Source of the DNA: Euglena gracilis | Lineage: Eukaryota | Reading direction: 5' to 3' | NCBI GenBank assembly: GCA_039621445.1 | Contig: CP154954.1 | Coordinates: forward strand, 37,371,703-37,435,702 | Length of the DNA: 64,000 nucleotides | Shown here: positions 63,027 through 64,000 of the stretch, in pieces | Position numbering within the stretch: the stretch's first letter is position 1 | Layout of the letters: each line of letters opens with the position of its first letter | Translations under genes and position numbers: made by a program | Notes under the pieces: model-generated | Databases searched by the model: none | What the model was told of the DNA's origin: nothing | Seen by the model: only the letters and a program-made list of their open reading frames with translations

Positions 63027-63341
63027 TAGTAAGATAAAATGTTCAGAGAACACCTCATTTTTCTGAAAAAAATTTGGACGTGAGTGATCTACACCATTCT
63101 AAAATAGTGTAGATCACGAATTTCACACGAAAATTCCCCCCCAAAAGGGTGGGGGGTTATCGAGATTTTGTTTTCCGACCCCCCCCCAAGTGGCCCGCTG
63201 GGTCCTGGCCAAAAGGGGGGTCATTTGGGGGGTTATGGCACATTCATAATGGTTTATCAAAAAAATTTGTTAGTTGTGGACGTTGTTGCAGAAACTTGGC
63301 ACCTTTTTGATGCCCACGTTTTGGCAACTCTGAGCCAAGTA

Positions 63342-63532
63342 ACGTGACCCCCCCCCCCCTATATGTCACCCCCCCCAATTGTCGCCCCCCCCCCTTGGGG
63401 GGGGCGACAATTGGGGGGGTTACCCATGGACCCATGGACGGGTAGGGTAAATTGAGTAACCCCCCCCCTAATTGTCGCCAGGGGGGGTCAAAACGCTCCC
63501 GGGGGGGGGTGCCATTTAGGGGGGGGTCACGT
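63342..63532. mobile_element. TA-flanked MITE
   Basis: TIR acgtga(c)n/(g)ntcacgt. An adjacent tandem unit, ggcaactctaggccaaatagctggc, shows the empty site. Confidence 0.8.
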
Positions 63533-64000
63533 TAGCTGGCGCGAGCCAGCGTTCTGGCAACTCTAGGCCAAATAGCTGGCACAAGGGGCCGAAGTTTCCA
63601 GGTTTAGCTGTAATGGGCGCCTGAATGGAGATCGACTGGCCAAAACCAAAACGGGTGCCTGAATGGAAATCGACTGGCCAAACAGATTCCGATTGCAGCC
63701 TTTTTGCCAGCCGGAGGCTGGACCCCCATGTTAGTGAATGAAAAAAGTGCGAACTTGGTCGGCCGTGGGCATCAGGCAGACATCAGGCTTGTTTGGGAAT
63801 CTCGGGCAGGTCTTGGGACCTGCTTGCAGTTTTCGGTCGCCGAACTTCTCGCTGTTGAGTGTCTTGAATTTCTACTGACTTAGACGGAATTCAGGCTGAC
63901 ATTGTTAAAGTCAGTCGATTTCCATTCAGGCGCCTGTTTAGGTCAGTCGATTTCCAAGACACTGAAATCTGTTGCTGGTCAGATTTGAAATTTTTAGTGA

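Overview
Eukaryotic, repeat-rich nuclear DNA, almost certainly Euglena gracilis or a close euglenid. (1) At 61437 on + a spliced gene begins whose four visible exons encode the N-terminal half of the Euglenozoa-specific mitochondrial ATP synthase subunit ATPTB1. It has 43-47 nt GT-AG introns, a probable trans-splice acceptor 3 nt before the ATG, and a fourth intron that runs off the window. (2) A very large minus-strand gene appears to occupy roughly 1-47 kb. It has a C2-like domain on four exons (42.5-39.9 kb) followed by an array of duplicated, mostly phase-1/phase-1, Gly/Pro/Ala-rich exons of two main families (A and B). (3) The most interesting signal is in the five paralogous family-B exons. 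Three are uninterrupted and two are split at the same codon by an insertion with a 10-bp direct repeat and terminal inverted repeats. The insertion fits the euglenid nonconventional (non-GT-AG, stem-forming) intron geometry, and in one copy its removal restores the exact 342-nt exon. This amounts to a before/after snapshot of nonconventional intron gain inside one gene. (4) Introns and the ~14-kb intergenic region are packed with MITE-like elements (8-bp TSD hAT-like, 7-bp TSD and TA-TSD families), some nested. There are also Ty3/Gypsy RT remnants, an inverted pair of tRNA-Leu(CAA)-like sequences and microsatellites. Most long ORFs in the supplied track are artefacts of GC-rich or repetitive DNA. 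All exon models were read by eye, and long G/C homopolymers may hide assembly indels.
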